DNA of 64,000 bases, from assembly GCA_949291125.1 (NCBI GenBank), contig CASEUJ010000016.1, forward strand, positions 67,946 to 131,945. The letters are read 5' to 3'. Numbering within the stretch: the stretch's first letter is position 1; each line of letters starts with the position of its first letter. Under the pieces are notes generated by a model. The model was not told the DNA's origin and did not search any database. It worked only from the letters and a program-made list of their open reading frames with translations. Positions 47,608 through 59,091 of the stretch are shown one piece after another. A program made the translations under genes and the position numbers. This DNA is from an uncultured Ruminococcus sp. Lineage in GTDB: Bacteria > Bacillota > Clostridia > Oscillospirales > Ruminococcaceae.

Positions 47608-48972
47608 TCAATCCAATATGTCTGAGAAGATCGCCTCGCCATTGGTTTCGATGACTTTCTGATAGAAATAGCCAGAATCCTTTACCGTGCGCTCTTGGGT
47701 TTGATAGTTGACATAGACCAGACCGAATCGCTTGTCATAGCCGTCTGCCCATTCAAAATTGTCCATAATCGACCAATACATATAGCCAATAACCGGAACG
47801 CCATCCTGAATCGCGTGAAGCAATTCACGTAGATAGCGCTTCATGTAGTCAATGCGGTTCGGGTCATGGACTTTGCCGTCCAGGTGTACCCAGTCATGTG
47901 CCGCCATGCCGTTCTCGGTGATGATGATGGGCTTGCCATAGCGTTCGTACAGAAACTTTGGACCCCAGTACAGTGCTTCTGGCGTGATTGGCCATTCTAT
48001 TTGTGTGCGTGGACAGCCGAGATACGCATTTTCGCTGTAGCCATCCGGGTTATAGGCTGCTTTACTCTCATAAATGTTGACGCCGTAAAAGTCCACAGGT
48101 GTCGAGATGATCTCCATATCGCCGGGGAGAACCGTTGGCATGTCACAGCCAAGCTTTTCATAGGCATCTTCCGGATATTTGCCGAAAAAGATGGGATCCG
48201 CCCACCATGCAGCGCTGAATGCAATATCCTCCGGATTTACCGAGAAGGTACGGCTGCGTGCGGTTTCGATATCTTCTGCGGAATTGCTCCTGGGTGAATA
48301 TGCCGGCGTGACGAAGGCAAAGCCGATAGATGGCGTCTTTTTTGCGTATTTGCGGATGACTTCTACTGCCTTGCCATGCGCCAGAAGCACATGATGACAC
48401 ATTTGTGCCACTTCATTACGCGGCAGCTTCAGGAAGGGCGCAAATCTACCATTATCATAACCATTGCCAATGAATACCTGCGGCTCGTTAATGGTCATCC
48501 AGTATTGTACCCGATCTGATAGTGCCTCTACAACGACTTTGGCATATTCTGCAAACCAATCCGTCGATTCACGATTCAGCCAGCCACCCTTGTGGTGCAG
48601 CGCCAGCGGATAATCCCAGTGGAACAGCGTCACCAACGGTTCAATGCCGTTGGCAAGAAGCTCGTCCACCAGATCGGAGTAGAACTGAAGCCCTTTTTTG
48701 TTGATCTTTCCTGTGCCGTCGGGAATGACACGAGACCAGCTGATCGACAGGCGATAGTTGTGGATACCCATGTCGTGCATCATCTTGACATCTTCGCGAA
48801 ACCGATGATAGTGGTCACAGGCAACGTTGCCGTTTTCGCCGTGCGCGACATGCCCCGGCGCCTGAGTGTAGGCGTCCCAGATGCTTAGACCTCTGCCGTC
48901 TTCGAGGTATGCGCCTTCGACCTGATATGCTGCGGAAGCCGTGCCCCATAAAAATTGCTTTGGAAATTGCAT
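47608..48972 (-). CDS. GH1 beta-glucosidase (cytoplasmic)
   Basis: F.WG.A.AAYQVEG, TINEP, ITENG, DNFEWA.GY.KRFG; no signal peptide. Confidence 0.95.
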   Translation of the reverse strand: MQFPKQFLWGTASAAYQVEGAYLEDGRGLSIWDAYTQAPGHVAHGENGNVACDHYHRFREDVKMMHDMGIHNYRLSISWSRVIPDGTGKINKKGLQFYSDLVDELLANGIEPLVTLFHWDYPLALHHKGGWLNRESTDWFAEYAKVVVEALSDRVQYWMTINEPQVFIGNGYDNGRFAPFLKLPRNEVAQMCHHVLLAHGKAVEVIRKYAKKTPSIGFAFVTPAYSPRSNSAEDIETARSRTFSVNPEDIAFSAAWWADPIFFGKYPEDAYEKLGCDMPTVLPGDMEIISTPVDFYGVNIYESKAAYNPDGYSENAYLGCPRTQIEWPITPEALYWGPKFLYERYGKPIIITENGMAAHDWVHLDGKVHDPNRIDYMKRYLRELLHAIQDGVPVIGYMYWSIMDNFEWADGYDKRFGLVYVNYQTQERTVKDSGYFYQKVIETNGEAIFSDILD

Positions 48973-49128
48973 AAAAAACCCTCCTAAATAAAGAGAATGA
49001 ATAAGGTTATGATAGCATAGGGCGCGTCTTCTGTCAAGAGGGTATTTGAAAAAAATTTGGGAAACGAATCTATCTCCAACGTGTTCTGCTACAACTTTTT
49101 TAGAGGCATAATTTTTTTAAAAAAAGTC

Positions 49129-49157
49129 TTGACAAATACCCCAAGGGGGTATATAAT
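49129..49157 (+). promoter_or_regulatory. sigma-A promoter with CsoR operator in the spacer
   Basis: TTGACA-17-TATAAT; ATACCCCAAGGGGGTAT pseudo-palindrome at 49136-49152. Confidence 0.9.
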
Positions 49158-49193
49158 ATAACTGTCAACAAAACTGAAAAGGAGGCGTGCAAA

Positions 49194-49502
49194 ATGGTAG
49201 ACGAACCGGAATGTCCTCATTGCCAAAAGACAAAGCACCGCAGCGAAGAAGAATATACCAAGCTGATCCATCGACTCAACCGTATTGAAGGACAGATCCG
49301 CGGCATTCGGGGCATGGTGGAAAAAAGTGCCTATTGTCCTGATATTCTTGTGCAGGTCGCGGCGGTGAATGCGGCGCTCAATTCCTTTAATAAAGAGCTT
49401 CTTGCGAATCATATTCGCACTTGTGTCGTGGACGATATCCGCGATGGAAAAGATGAAGTGATCGACGAACTGGTGCGGACGCTGCAAAAGCTAATGAAGT
49501 GA
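49194..49502 (+). CDS. csoR: copper-sensing repressor
   Basis: RLNRIEGQIRGI..M.....YC.DIL.Q, NHIRTCV. Confidence 0.93.
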   Translation: MVDEPECPHCQKTKHRSEEEYTKLIHRLNRIEGQIRGIRGMVEKSAYCPDILVQVAAVNAALNSFNKELLANHIRTCVVDDIRDGKDEVIDELVRTLQKLMK

Positions 49503-49558
49503 TCAGTTGCGTTTGCGGACAACGGGACAATAATCATACTTGACAGGAGGTGGAAGAA

Positions 49559-49930
49559 GTGAACGGCGGTACAATTCTGATTCTGGTGATTCTGGCTGGA
49601 ATCGTTGTCGCGGCGGCATTTTCGGGCTGGAAACATATGAAGGGCGAGGGTGGCTGCTGCGGTGGCAGTCCAGACAAAGAACCGCGTAAAACCCTTGATG
49701 GAAAGATTGTGGCACGGAAAATTGTCCGCATCGAGGGCATGCACTGTCAGAACTGTAAAAATAATGTGGAACGCCAACTCAATCGCATCGATGGTGCATC
49801 GGCACAGGTGAAGCTGAAAAAGCACATGGCGGTTGTGAAGATGACACGTATGGTGTCTGACGAAGAGCTGAAAGCGGCTGTTGCCCGCGCGGATTTTCAT
49901 GTAACAGACATTACATGCGAGGAGGTTTGA
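49559..49930 (+). CDS. membrane-anchored HMA-domain (CopZ-like) protein with GGCCGG motif
   Basis: N-terminal TM, KGEGGCCGG, IEGMHCQNC; SD AGGAGG, GTG start. Confidence 0.85.
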   Translation: MNGGTILILVILAGIVVAAAFSGWKHMKGEGGCCGGSPDKEPRKTLDGKIVARKIVRIEGMHCQNCKNNVERQLNRIDGASAQVKLKKHMAVVKMTRMVSDEELKAAVARADFHVTDITCEEV

Positions 49931-49934
49931 AGCA

Positions 49935-52484
49935 ATGGAACAATATGACGTAACGGGTATGAGCTGTGCCGCATGCAGCGCACATGTGGAAAAAGCTGTC
50001 GGATCTGTGCCGGGCGTATCGGCGTGTTCGGTCAATCTCTTGACCAACTCCATGGAAGTCGAGGGCACGGCATCGTCACAGGAGATTATTGCGGCAGTCG
50101 AAAAAGCCGGCTATGGTGCGATGTTGAAATCTGCAAAGCGTCCGACTGCCGGGATCGATGCAAAGGATGAACCGCTTGCCGACAAAGAAACACCGAGGCT
50201 TAGACGGCGGCTGATCGCTTCTGTGATCTTTCTGGTGATCCTGATGTACTTCTCAATGGGACATACTATGTGGAGCTGGCCGCTGCCGTCGTTTTTTGAA
50301 GGCAATCACATTGCGGTGGGGCTGGTGCAGCTGTTATTGACGATTGTGATCATGGTCATTAACCGAAAATTTTTCATCAGCGGCTTTCGCGGTTTGCTCC
50401 ATCGCGCGCCCAATATGGACACGCTTGTGGCGCTGGGGTCGGGCGCATCCTTTATATACAGCACATATGCCTTATTCGCCATGACCGATGCACAGGTAAA
50501 GGGCGATCTGGATGCGGTGATGGGGTATATGCACGAGTTTTACTTTGAGTCTGCGGCTATGATCCTGACGCTGATCACCATTGGCAAAACACTCGAAGCA
50601 TACTCAAAAGGCAGGACGACCGATGCGCTGCGCGGGCTAATGCGTCTTGCGCCAAAGACGGCGGTATTGCTGCGTGACGGTAAGGAGATCACTGTTTCCA
50701 TTGAACAGGTGAAAAAAGGCGATCAGTTTGTGGTTCGCGCTGGCGAGAGCGTGCCGGTGGATGGCGTTGTGTTGGAAGGTCATAGCGCCGTTAATGAATC
50801 GGCACTGACTGGCGAGAGTATTCCGGTGGACAAAGAGGTCGGCGACAGTATTTCTGCCGCGACGATCAATCAGTCGGGTTTTCTCCGCTGTGAAGCGACG
50901 CGTGTCGGCGAAGATACAACGCTGTCTCAAATCATCCGTATGGTAAGTGATGCTTCTGCCTCGAAAGCGCCCATTGCCAAGGCGGCGGATAAAGTCTCTG
51001 GAATCTTTGTGCCGGCTGTGATTGCCATTGCCGTTGTGACGTTTGTGGTTTGGCTGATTTGCGGTCAGACCGTTGGATATGCGTTGGCACGGAGCATATC
51101 GGTATTGGTTATCAGTTGTCCTTGTGCATTAGGGCTTGCCACACCAGTGGCGATCATGGTGAGCAATGGCGTCGGTGCAAAACACGGCGTGCTCTTTAAG
51201 ACGGCTTCCTCTTTAGAACAAACCGGCAGAGCCCAGATTGTTGCGCTCGATAAGACAGGTACTATCACTGTTGGCGAGCCGTCCGTGACTGATATTATCC
51301 CGGCACAGGCTGTCGCAGAGGAAGAGCTGCTTCGGTTGGCGTATGCGCTGGAACGCAAGAGTGAACATCCACTTGCCAAGGCGATTGTTCGTTATGCGGA
51401 AGAACGGCATATTTCATCGCAGGAGGTGGATGATTACGAAACTCATCCCGGCAGTGGCGTATCGGCGGTGCTGAAGGAAGATACGCTCTATGGCGGAAAC
51501 CTCAAAGTCAGCCGTACAAAGGCGCATATCCCGGATACTGCACAACAGATCGCAGAGGAACTCGCCCGACAGGGTAAGACACCGCTCTTCTTCAGCAAAA
51601 ATGGCGCATTCCTCGGCATGATCGCCGTTGCAGATGTCATCAAGACGGAAAGCGCAGAGGCGATCCGGCAGCTGCAAAACATGGGCATCCAAGTGGTCAT
51701 GCTTACTGGGGACAATGCACGCACTGCTGCTGCGATCGGAGAGCAGGCAGGCGTCGATCAGGTAATCGCAGATTTCCTTCCGAGCGGGAAGGAAACGGTA
51801 ATCCGGCAACTGCAAGAACACGGTAAAGTTGTCATGGTCGGTGATGGCATCAATGATGCACCGGCACTGACGCGTGCCGATATCGGCATTGCCATTGGTG
51901 CAGGAACGGATATTGCCATCGATGCGGCAGATGTGGTGTTAATGAAAAGCCGACTGACTGATGTACCGGCGGCGATTCGCTTAAGTCGTGCAACGCTGCG
52001 CAACATTCATGAGAACTTATTCTGGGCATTTATTTATAATGTAATTGGTATTCCGCTTGCCGCTGGTGTCTGGATTCCGCTGTTCGGGTGGCAGCTGAAT
52101 CCGATGTTTGGCGCGGCGGCGATGAGCTTATCGAGCTTTTGTGTGGTCATGAATGCGCTGCGTCTGAATCTGTTCCGGATGCACCGGGCAGATCATGATA
52201 AAAAAATCAAGTCGTCTGTCGATCTGACGGCGATGACAAACCAATTCAACAATTCTAATAATTCTAAGGAGGAATCTCAAATGAAAACTTTGACACTGAA
52301 CATCAAGGGCATGATGTGTCCGCACTGCGAAGCAACGATCAAGAAGGCGCTCGAGGCAGTACCGGCGGTAGAAAGCGCAAAAGTTAGCCATACCGCAGGC
52401 ACGGCGGTTGTTACTTTAAATGGTGCAGTTGATGAGGCGGCATTGAAACAGGCGGTAGTGGATGCTGGGTATGAGGTGATGTAA
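49935..52484 (+). CDS. copA: Cu(I)-exporting P1B-type ATPase with N- and C-terminal HMA domains
   Basis: GMSCAAC, TGES, CPC, DKTGT, SEHP, GDGIND, YN, MSLSS, C-terminal GMMCPHC. Confidence 0.95.
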   Translation: MEQYDVTGMSCAACSAHVEKAVGSVPGVSACSVNLLTNSMEVEGTASSQEIIAAVEKAGYGAMLKSAKRPTAGIDAKDEPLADKETPRLRRRLIASVIFLVILMYFSMGHTMWSWPLPSFFEGNHIAVGLVQLLLTIVIMVINRKFFISGFRGLLHRAPNMDTLVALGSGASFIYSTYALFAMTDAQVKGDLDAVMGYMHEFYFESAAMILTLITIGKTLEAYSKGRTTDALRGLMRLAPKTAVLLRDGKEITVSIEQVKKGDQFVVRAGESVPVDGVVLEGHSAVNESALTGESIPVDKEVGDSISAATINQSGFLRCEATRVGEDTTLSQIIRMVSDASASKAPIAKAADKVSGIFVPAVIAIAVVTFVVWLICGQTVGYALARSISVLVISCPCALGLATPVAIMVSNGVGAKHGVLFKTASSLEQTGRAQIVALDKTGTITVGEPSVTDIIPAQAVAEEELLRLAYALERKSEHPLAKAIVRYAEERHISSQEVDDYETHPGSGVSAVLKEDTLYGGNLKVSRTKAHIPDTAQQIAEELARQGKTPLFFSKNGAFLGMIAVADVIKTESAEAIRQLQNMGIQVVMLTGDNARTAAAIGEQAGVDQVIADFLPSGKETVIRQLQEHGKVVMVGDGINDAPALTRADIGIAIGAGTDIAIDAADVVLMKSRLTDVPAAIRLSRATLRNIHENLFWAFIYNVIGIPLAAGVWIPLFGWQLNPMFGAAAMSLSSFCVVMNALRLNLFRMHRADHDKKIKSSVDLTAMTNQFNNSNNSKEESQMKTLTLNIKGMMCPHCEATIKKALEAVPAVESAKVSHTAGTAVVTLNGAVDEAALKQAVVDAGYEVM

Positions 52485-52505
52485 GCCGAAACGACCACAG
52501 CCACC

Positions 52506-52544
52506 AAAGCCCAGACACAGGACATTACTGTACCTGGGCTTTTT
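52506..52544 (+). terminator. intrinsic terminator of the cop operon
   Basis: aaagcccag...ctgggcttttt. Confidence 0.7.
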
Positions 52545-52727
52545 GCGAAATTATGACAAACATCTTTTGAAAGCGGACATTCAGTTTTTTGGAGATGCAA
52601 ACGGTGACGGAAAAATCATTTTCCAATACGCTTACCGAGCTTTACGTGCCGAACTACACCACTGAGGCTGTAGGGGGCGCCGAGCTTGGATTAGCACACC
52701 TGAAATTGTAAATTTTTTGAAAATGTG

Positions 52728-52756
52728 TTGACATAGGATATGCTTTGCGGTATAAT
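52728..52756 (+). promoter_or_regulatory. str operon promoter
   Basis: TTGACA-17-TATAAT, followed by a 5' hairpin tgcggcagagtcgtt/aacggctttgccgca. Confidence 0.8.
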
Positions 52757-52829
52757 AAAAAAGCATGCGGCAGAGTCGTTTAACGGCTTTGCCGCAGCAA
52801 TATGATTTTTTTGGAAAAGGAGGAAAATT

Positions 52830-53252
52830 ATGCCTACGTTTAATCAGTTGGTTCGGAAAGGAAGAAAGGTACAGCAGTACAAGTCTACCGCTCCGGCACT
52901 GCAGAAGGGCTATAATGCCAAGAAGAAGGTAACCACAAACCAGAGCTCGCCGCAGAAGAGAGGCGTCTGCACTGCGGTTCGTACCGCAACCCCGAAGAAG
53001 CCGAACTCTGCTATGAGAAAGATTGCCAGAGTGAAGCTGACAAACGGCTATGAGGTTACTTCTTACATTCCGGGTATCGGTCACAACCTGCAGGAACACA
53101 GCGTGGTTCTGATTCGTGGCGGCCGTGTGAAGGATCTGCCGGGTGTACGTTATCACATCATCCGCGGCACTCTCGATGCACAGGGCGTTGCAAACAGAAT
53201 GCAGGCTCGTTCCAAGTACGGCGCAAAGCGTCCGAAGGCTGGAAAGAAGTAA
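52830..53252 (+). CDS. rpsL: 30S ribosomal protein S12
   Basis: [32 protein letters not shown]. Confidence 0.98.
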   Translation: MPTFNQLVRKGRKVQQYKSTAPALQKGYNAKKKVTTNQSSPQKRGVCTAVRTATPKKPNSAMRKIARVKLTNGYEVTSYIPGIGHNLQEHSVVLIRGGRVKDLPGVRYHIIRGTLDAQGVANRMQARSKYGAKRPKAGKK

Positions 53253-53470
53253 GATACTGCCACACATGAAAACAGGAGCATGCAGAATGATCCTACGAAA
53301 CAGGAAAACTTAACATCAACACGGGAACTGTGGAGATTTGAATATAGATTGGGCTATGTGCTCTATATTGCGTATTCCTCTCCATTGGCCCGACGGCTGG
53401 CTGGGATCATAACCAAATAAGGCCGAGTACCTGTGAATTCATGCATTTATAATGAAGGAGGGAAGCGAAA

Positions 53471-53941
53471 ATGCCAAGAAGAGGTAAAATCGCAAAACGT
53501 GACGTGCTGGAGGATCCGATTTACGGCTCCAAGCTCGTAACCCGTCTGATCAACAATGTAATGATCGACGGAAAGAAGGGCGTTGCCCAGAAGATTGTTT
53601 ACGGTGCGTTTGAAATCGTTGCCGAAAAGACTGGCAAGGATGCACTCGAAGTATTCCAGCAGGCAATGGAAAACGTAATGCCGCAGCTGGAAGTTAAGGC
53701 ACGCCGTATGGGTGGTGCGACCTATCAGGTGCCGATGGAAGTTCGTCCGGAACGCCGTCAGACACTGGGACTGCGTTGGATCACCAAGTATTCCAGACTG
53801 CGCAATGAGCGCACCATGAAGGAGCGTCTGGCGGGTGAGATCCTCGATGCGATCAACAATACCGGCGGCGCATGCAAAAAGCGTGACGACACACATAAGA
53901 TGGCAGAGGCAAACAAGGCGTTTGCACACTACCGCTGGTAA
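53471..53941 (+). CDS. rpsG: 30S ribosomal protein S7
   Basis: [26 protein letters not shown]. Confidence 0.98.
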   Translation: MPRRGKIAKRDVLEDPIYGSKLVTRLINNVMIDGKKGVAQKIVYGAFEIVAEKTGKDALEVFQQAMENVMPQLEVKARRMGGATYQVPMEVRPERRQTLGLRWITKYSRLRNERTMKERLAGEILDAINNTGGACKKRDDTHKMAEANKAFAHYRW

Positions 53942-53971
53942 TCGCATGACTGCAAGAAAGGAGGATCATCT

Positions 53972-56047
53972 ATGGCAAGAGATTGTTCCCTGGAAAATAC
54001 CAGAAATATCGGTATCATGGCGCACATCGATGCCGGTAAAACGACCACAACTGAACGTATCCTGTTCTACACCGGTGTAAACTATAAGATCGGTGAGGTA
54101 CACGAAGGTGCTGCAACCATGGACTGGATGGAGCAGGAACAGGAACGCGGTATCACGATCACTTCTGCGGCAACCACCGCATACTGGGGTGGCCACAGAA
54201 TCAATATCATCGATACACCGGGACACGTAGACTTTACTGTAGAGGTTGAACGTTCACTGCGTGTGCTCGATGGCTCTGTTACTGTATTCTGTGCAAAGGG
54301 CGGCGTTGAACCGCAGTCTGAAACCGTTTGGCGTCAGGCAGATAAGTATCAGGTTCCGCGTATGGCATATGTCAACAAGATGGATATCATGGGGGCGGAC
54401 TTCTATCGCGTTGTAGATATGATGCACGATAGACTGAAGTGCAATGCTGTTCCGATCCAGCTTCCGATTGGCGCTGAGGACGAGTTCAAGGGCATCATTG
54501 ATCTGGTTGAGATGAAGGCATATGTATATTACGATGACCTCGGCAAGGACATTCGTGTGGAAGAGATTCCGGACGATATGAAAGAAAAGGCAGAAGAATA
54601 TCGCAACAACCTCATGGAACATGTGGCTGAACAGGATGACGAACTGATGGAGAAATACTTCGCAGAGGAAGAAATCACCATCGACGAGATCAAGGCTTGC
54701 ATCCGTAAGTCTACCATTGCGAACACAATGGTTCCTGTTGTTTGTGGTACTTCCTACCGTAATAAAGGCGTACAAAAGCTACTTGATGCGATTGTAGACT
54801 ATATGCCGTCTCCACTCGATGTGCCGTCGATCAAGGGTACTGATCCGGAAACTGGCGAAGAAGTATTCCGCCACTCTTCGGATGAAGAACCGTTTTCGGC
54901 ACTGGCGTTCAAGATCGCAACTGACCCGTTTGTAGGTAAGCTGTGCTTCTTCCGCGTATATTCCGGTATCGTCAATGCTGGTGACACGGTGTTGAATGCA
55001 ACTAAGGATAATAAAGAACGCATGGGTCGTATCGTGCAGATGCACTCGAACCACAGAAAGGATATCGAAACGGTTTACGCTGGTGATATCGCAGCTGTGG
55101 TTGGCCTGAAGAACACCACCACCGGTGATACACTTTGTGACGAAAAGCACCCGGTAATTTTGGAGTCCATGGAATTCCCGGAACCGGTTATTCAGCTGGC
55201 GATTGAGCCGAAGACCAAGGCGGGTCAGGACAAGATGGGGATCGCGCTGGCAAAGCTGGCAGAAGAAGATCCGACTTTCCGTACCTGGACTGACGAAGAA
55301 ACTGGCCAGACCATTATCGCCGGTATGGGCGAATTGCATCTCGACATTATCGTAGACAGACTGTTGCGCGAGTTCAAGGTAGAGGCAAACGTCGGCGCGC
55401 CTCAGGTATCCTATAAGGAAACCATTAAGGGTACCGCAGATGTGGATTATAAGTACAAGAAACAGTCCGGTGGTTCTGGTCAGTACGGTCACGTTAAGAT
55501 CCGTGTTGCACCGAACGAATCCGGTAAGGGTTATGAGTTCACCAACAAGGTTGTCGGCGGCGCAATCCCGAAGGAATATATCCCGGCTGTTGACGCTGGT
55601 ATCCGCGGTGCAATGCAGGCTGGTATCTTGGCAGGCTATGAAGTAGTCGATGTTAAGGTTGAATTGTACGATGGATCGTATCATGAAGTGGACTCTTCGG
55701 AAATGGCATTCAAGATCGCTGGCTCGATTGCGTTTAAGGAAGCAATGAAGCAGGCACAGCCAATCCTGATGGAACCGATTATGAAGGTATCGGTAACTGT
55801 TCCAGACGATTATACGGGTACGGTTATCGGCGACCTCAGCTCTCGTCGTGGTCAGATTCAAGGCCAGGAAGCACGTACAGGTTCTGTACAGATTGACGCT
55901 TTGGTGCCGTTATCTGAAATGTTCGGTTATACCAGTGACCTTCGCTCGAATACTCAAGGTCGCGGACAGTATGCAATGGAACCGCACAGCTATCAGGAAG
56001 TGCCAAAGAACATCGCAGAAAAGATCATGTCTTCGAGAAAGAAGTAA
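53972..56047 (+). CDS. fusA: elongation factor G
   Basis: [37 protein letters not shown]. Confidence 0.98.
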   Translation: MARDCSLENTRNIGIMAHIDAGKTTTTERILFYTGVNYKIGEVHEGAATMDWMEQEQERGITITSAATTAYWGGHRINIIDTPGHVDFTVEVERSLRVLDGSVTVFCAKGGVEPQSETVWRQADKYQVPRMAYVNKMDIMGADFYRVVDMMHDRLKCNAVPIQLPIGAEDEFKGIIDLVEMKAYVYYDDLGKDIRVEEIPDDMKEKAEEYRNNLMEHVAEQDDELMEKYFAEEEITIDEIKACIRKSTIANTMVPVVCGTSYRNKGVQKLLDAIVDYMPSPLDVPSIKGTDPETGEEVFRHSSDEEPFSALAFKIATDPFVGKLCFFRVYSGIVNAGDTVLNATKDNKERMGRIVQMHSNHRKDIETVYAGDIAAVVGLKNTTTGDTLCDEKHPVILESMEFPEPVIQLAIEPKTKAGQDKMGIALAKLAEEDPTFRTWTDEETGQTIIAGMGELHLDIIVDRLLREFKVEANVGAPQVSYKETIKGTADVDYKYKKQSGGSGQYGHVKIRVAPNESGKGYEFTNKVVGGAIPKEYIPAVDAGIRGAMQAGILAGYEVVDVKVELYDGSYHEVDSSEMAFKIAGSIAFKEAMKQAQPILMEPIMKVSVTVPDDYTGTVIGDLSSRRGQIQGQEARTGSVQIDALVPLSEMFGYTSDLRSNTQGRGQYAMEPHSYQEVPKNIAEKIMSSRKK

Positions 56048-56084
56048 GTTTTTTTGAAAGTTGTGTGATTTTTGAAAAAAACAC

Positions 56085-56113
56085 TTGCATTTTCATTTGA
56101 AATCTGCTACAAT
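56085..56113 (+). promoter_or_regulatory. internal tuf promoter
   Basis: TTGCAT-17-TACAAT with TG extension. Confidence 0.7.
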
Positions 56114-56178
56114 ATGTATAACACTTCTCGTGAAGTGAGTGTACACTGATTAAAATCATATTGAGGAGGATCATTCCA

Positions 56179-57378
56179 ATGGCAAAGGCTAAATTTGAAA
56201 GAACCAAACCGCACGTAAACATTGGTACCATTGGTCACGTTGACCACGGTAAAACCACTCTGACTGCTGCAATCACCAAGACTCTCGCATTAAAGGGTCA
56301 GGCACAGTACGAAGCTTACGATATGATCGATAAGGCGCCGGAAGAGAGAGAGCGTGGTATCACAATCAACACTGCTCACGTTGAGTATGAGACAGATAAG
56401 CGCCACTATGCACACGTTGACTGCCCGGGTCACGCTGACTACGTTAAGAACATGATCACTGGTGCAGCACAGATGGACGGCGCAATTCTGGTAGTTGCTG
56501 CATCTGACGGCCCGATGGCACAGACGAAGGAACACATCTTGCTGGCTCGTCAGGTAGGCGTACCGGCAATCGTAGTATTCATGAACAAGGCTGACCAGGT
56601 TGACGATCCGGAACTGCTTGAACTCGTAGAAATGGATATTCGTGAAACTTTGAATGAATATGACTTCCCGGGTGATGACACTCCAATTATCGTTGGTTCT
56701 GCTCTGGCTGCTCTGGAAGCTCCGGATGATCTGTCTGATCCGGCTTACAAGCCGATCCTTGATCTGATGGATGCTGTTGACGAATATATTCCGACTCCAG
56801 AACGCGATGATGCAAAGCCGTTCCTGATGCCGATCGAGGACACCATGACAATTTCTGGCCGTGGTACTGTTGTTACCGGTCGTGTAGAGCGCGGAAAGCT
56901 GAACGTTAACGAGCCGGTTGAAATCGTTGGTCTGTCGGAAGAAAAGCTCAGTACTGTTGTAACCGGTATCGAAATGTTCCGTAAGACTCTGGACTTTGCA
57001 GAAGCTGGTGACAACATCGGCGCGCTACTGCGTGGTATTACACGTGATCAGGTTGAGCGTGGTCAGGTTCTCTGCAAGCCTGGTTCGATTCATCCGCATA
57101 CCAAGTTCAAGGGTCAGGTTTACGTTCTGAAGAAGGAAGAAGGCGGTCGTCATACACCGTTCTTCAATAACTACAGACCGCAGTTCTACTTCAGAACAAC
57201 TGACGTAACCGGCATCATCACACTGCCGCCGGATGTTGAAATGTGCACACCGGGTGACAACGTTGAGATGGATGTTGAGCTGATCTCCCCGATCGCAATC
57301 GAAGAAGGTCTGCGTTTTGCGATCCGTGAAGGCGGCAGAACAGTAGGTTCGGGCGTTGTAACTGCAATCAACGAATAA
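56179..57378 (+). CDS. tuf: elongation factor Tu
   Basis: [29 protein letters not shown]. Confidence 0.98.
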   Translation: MAKAKFERTKPHVNIGTIGHVDHGKTTLTAAITKTLALKGQAQYEAYDMIDKAPEERERGITINTAHVEYETDKRHYAHVDCPGHADYVKNMITGAAQMDGAILVVAASDGPMAQTKEHILLARQVGVPAIVVFMNKADQVDDPELLELVEMDIRETLNEYDFPGDDTPIIVGSALAALEAPDDLSDPAYKPILDLMDAVDEYIPTPERDDAKPFLMPIEDTMTISGRGTVVTGRVERGKLNVNEPVEIVGLSEEKLSTVVTGIEMFRKTLDFAEAGDNIGALLRGITRDQVERGQVLCKPGSIHPHTKFKGQVYVLKKEEGGRHTPFFNNYRPQFYFRTTDVTGIITLPPDVEMCTPGDNVEMDVELISPIAIEEGLRFAIREGGRTVGSGVVTAINE

Positions 57379-57420
57379 GTTTTAATTAGAATTTGCGTTA
57401 TCTGTGATGGATATGCGCAT

Positions 57421-57456
57421 AAGAAGGACGAATCCAAATTGGATTCGTCCTTCTTT
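57421..57456 (+). terminator. intrinsic terminator after tuf
   Basis: aagaaggacgaatcca/tggattcgtccttctt perfect stem. Confidence 0.85.
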
Positions 57457-57591
57457 GTATTTGTCAGAAGATGCAACGTTAGGCCGAAATTGATACGAAA
57501 ATCTGTATAAACATCCATGCTGTTGTGCAAGATTCATAAAAAGAGTTCTTATTTTTTGGCTATATTTTTGCGAGATTCTCCGAATCTGTCC

Positions 57592-57665
57592 TTGCAATTT
57601 TCAAAGAGATACGGTATAATAATACTATGGCGGTGAAAAGTGGGGAAGATTCCCTGATTGTGGGA
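57592..57665 (+). promoter_or_regulatory. dcw promoter and MraZ-binding repeats
   Basis: TTGCAA-17-TATAAT; GCGGTG (57630), GTGGGG (57640), GTGGGA (57660) on a 10-bp register. Confidence 0.7.
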
Positions 57666-57715
57666 AAGTTTTCCCTAGTTGGTACTTGATTCTACGGAAA
57701 GGCGGTATCGGAGAC

Positions 57716-58144
57716 ATGGCGTCTTTGATGGGGACATATTACCATAATATTGATGCAAAGGGACGCCTGAATTTTCCGACAAAGCTTCGCGAGGGTCTAG
57801 GTGTGACATTTTATGTCACAAAAGGACTCGATCAGCCATGTTTGACCGTCTATTCTGAAGAAGAATGGCAACGACTTTCAGCAAAAATAGCGACGCTTCC
57901 GGAAGCAAAGGGCGGTCAACTCAAACGTTGGCTGTTTTCGGGCGCCGGCACATTGATCCCTGATAAACAAGGACGTGTTCTGATTCCACAGGATCTGCGA
58001 AAGTTTGCAGATTTAGAAAAAGATGTTGTCATAATCGGGGCTGATAACAAAGCCGAGATCTGGGAGAAATCCCGCTGGGAAGCGTTTAATGCTGCATTTG
58101 ATGTAAAAAAAATGCTGGGGATTTTAGAGGAATTGGGCTTTTGA
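57716..58144 (+). CDS. mraZ: division/cell-wall cluster repressor
   Basis: IDAKGRL, DKQGRVLIP, EIW. Confidence 0.95.
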   Translation: MASLMGTYYHNIDAKGRLNFPTKLREGLGVTFYVTKGLDQPCLTVYSEEEWQRLSAKIATLPEAKGGQLKRWLFSGAGTLIPDKQGRVLIPQDLRKFADLEKDVVIIGADNKAEIWEKSRWEAFNAAFDVKKMLGILEELGF

Positions 58145-58158
58145 GTAAGGTGACAGAT

Positions 58159-59085
58159 ATGGAATTTATACATATTCCGGTGATGTTGCGTGAGGTTCTG
58201 GAATCGCTGCAGATCCGTCCTGACGGCATCTATGTAGATGGTACAGTTGGTGGTGCCGGACATTCCATGGAAATTGCAAAGCGCCTGACACAGGATGGCA
58301 GACTTTATGGGTTTGACAGGGATCCAGATGCTGTGATTACGGCATCTGAACGGCTGAAACCCTATCCTGCGACAGTATTACAGCATAATTATGACGAAAT
58401 GGCAGATGTTTTGCCAGGTTTGGGCGTTCATGAGGTGGATGGAATATTGCTTGACCTTGGTGTTTCTTCACATCAGCTTGATGTGGCAGAACGTGGATTC
58501 TCGTATCATCAGGATGCACCACTTGATATGCGTATGAGCCAGACCGGACAAAGCGCAAAAGATCTGGTGAATACAGCATCGGAAGAAGAGCTTTCCCGTA
58601 TTTTGTTTACTTATGGTGAGGAAAAGCGGGCGCGTCAGATTGCACGAAAGATCATACTTGCGCGAGAGGAAGCACCGATCGAAACCACGGCGCAATTGGC
58701 ACAGGTGATCCAGAGTGCAGTCCCGGCACGCGATCGACGAATGAAAAATCCATGTAAAAAATCGTTTCAGGCCATTCGAATTGCCGTGAATGGAGAACTT
58801 GAGCACTTGGAAAAGGGTTTACAAGCGGCATTTTCAATGCTGAAACCCGGTGGCAGACTTGCCGTGATCACATTTCATTCGCTTGAAGACCGCATGGTGA
58901 AACAGCAGTTTGCAGCATGGTGTCAGGGATGTATCTGTCCGCCGGATTTTCCGGTGTGTGTGTGCGGCAGAACACCGCAGGCAAAGGCAATTACACGAAA
59001 GCCAATCATCCCGGGCGAAGATGAACTGTTACGCAATCATCGCAGTCGCAGCGCAAAGTTGCGCGTCGTGGAAAGGAGTCGCTGA
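58159..59085 (+). CDS. rsmH: 16S rRNA m4C1402 methyltransferase
   Basis: HIPVML.E, DGT.GGAGHS, DLGVSS.Q, FHSLEDR, RSRSAKLR. Confidence 0.96.
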   Translation: MEFIHIPVMLREVLESLQIRPDGIYVDGTVGGAGHSMEIAKRLTQDGRLYGFDRDPDAVITASERLKPYPATVLQHNYDEMADVLPGLGVHEVDGILLDLGVSSHQLDVAERGFSYHQDAPLDMRMSQTGQSAKDLVNTASEEELSRILFTYGEEKRARQIARKIILAREEAPIETTAQLAQVIQSAVPARDRRMKNPCKKSFQAIRIAVNGELEHLEKGLQAAFSMLKPGGRLAVITFHSLEDRMVKQQFAAWCQGCICPPDFPVCVCGRTPQAKAITRKPIIPGEDELLRNHRSRSAKLRVVERSR

Positions 59086-59091
59086 GCGACA

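Noticed and set aside
52830-53252. Streptomycin-resistance substitution in S12
   Set aside because: Both key lysines (PKKPNS, RVKDLP) are wild type
54779-55861. 360-aa antisense ORF within fusA
   Set aside because: Typical shadow ORF of a highly expressed gene
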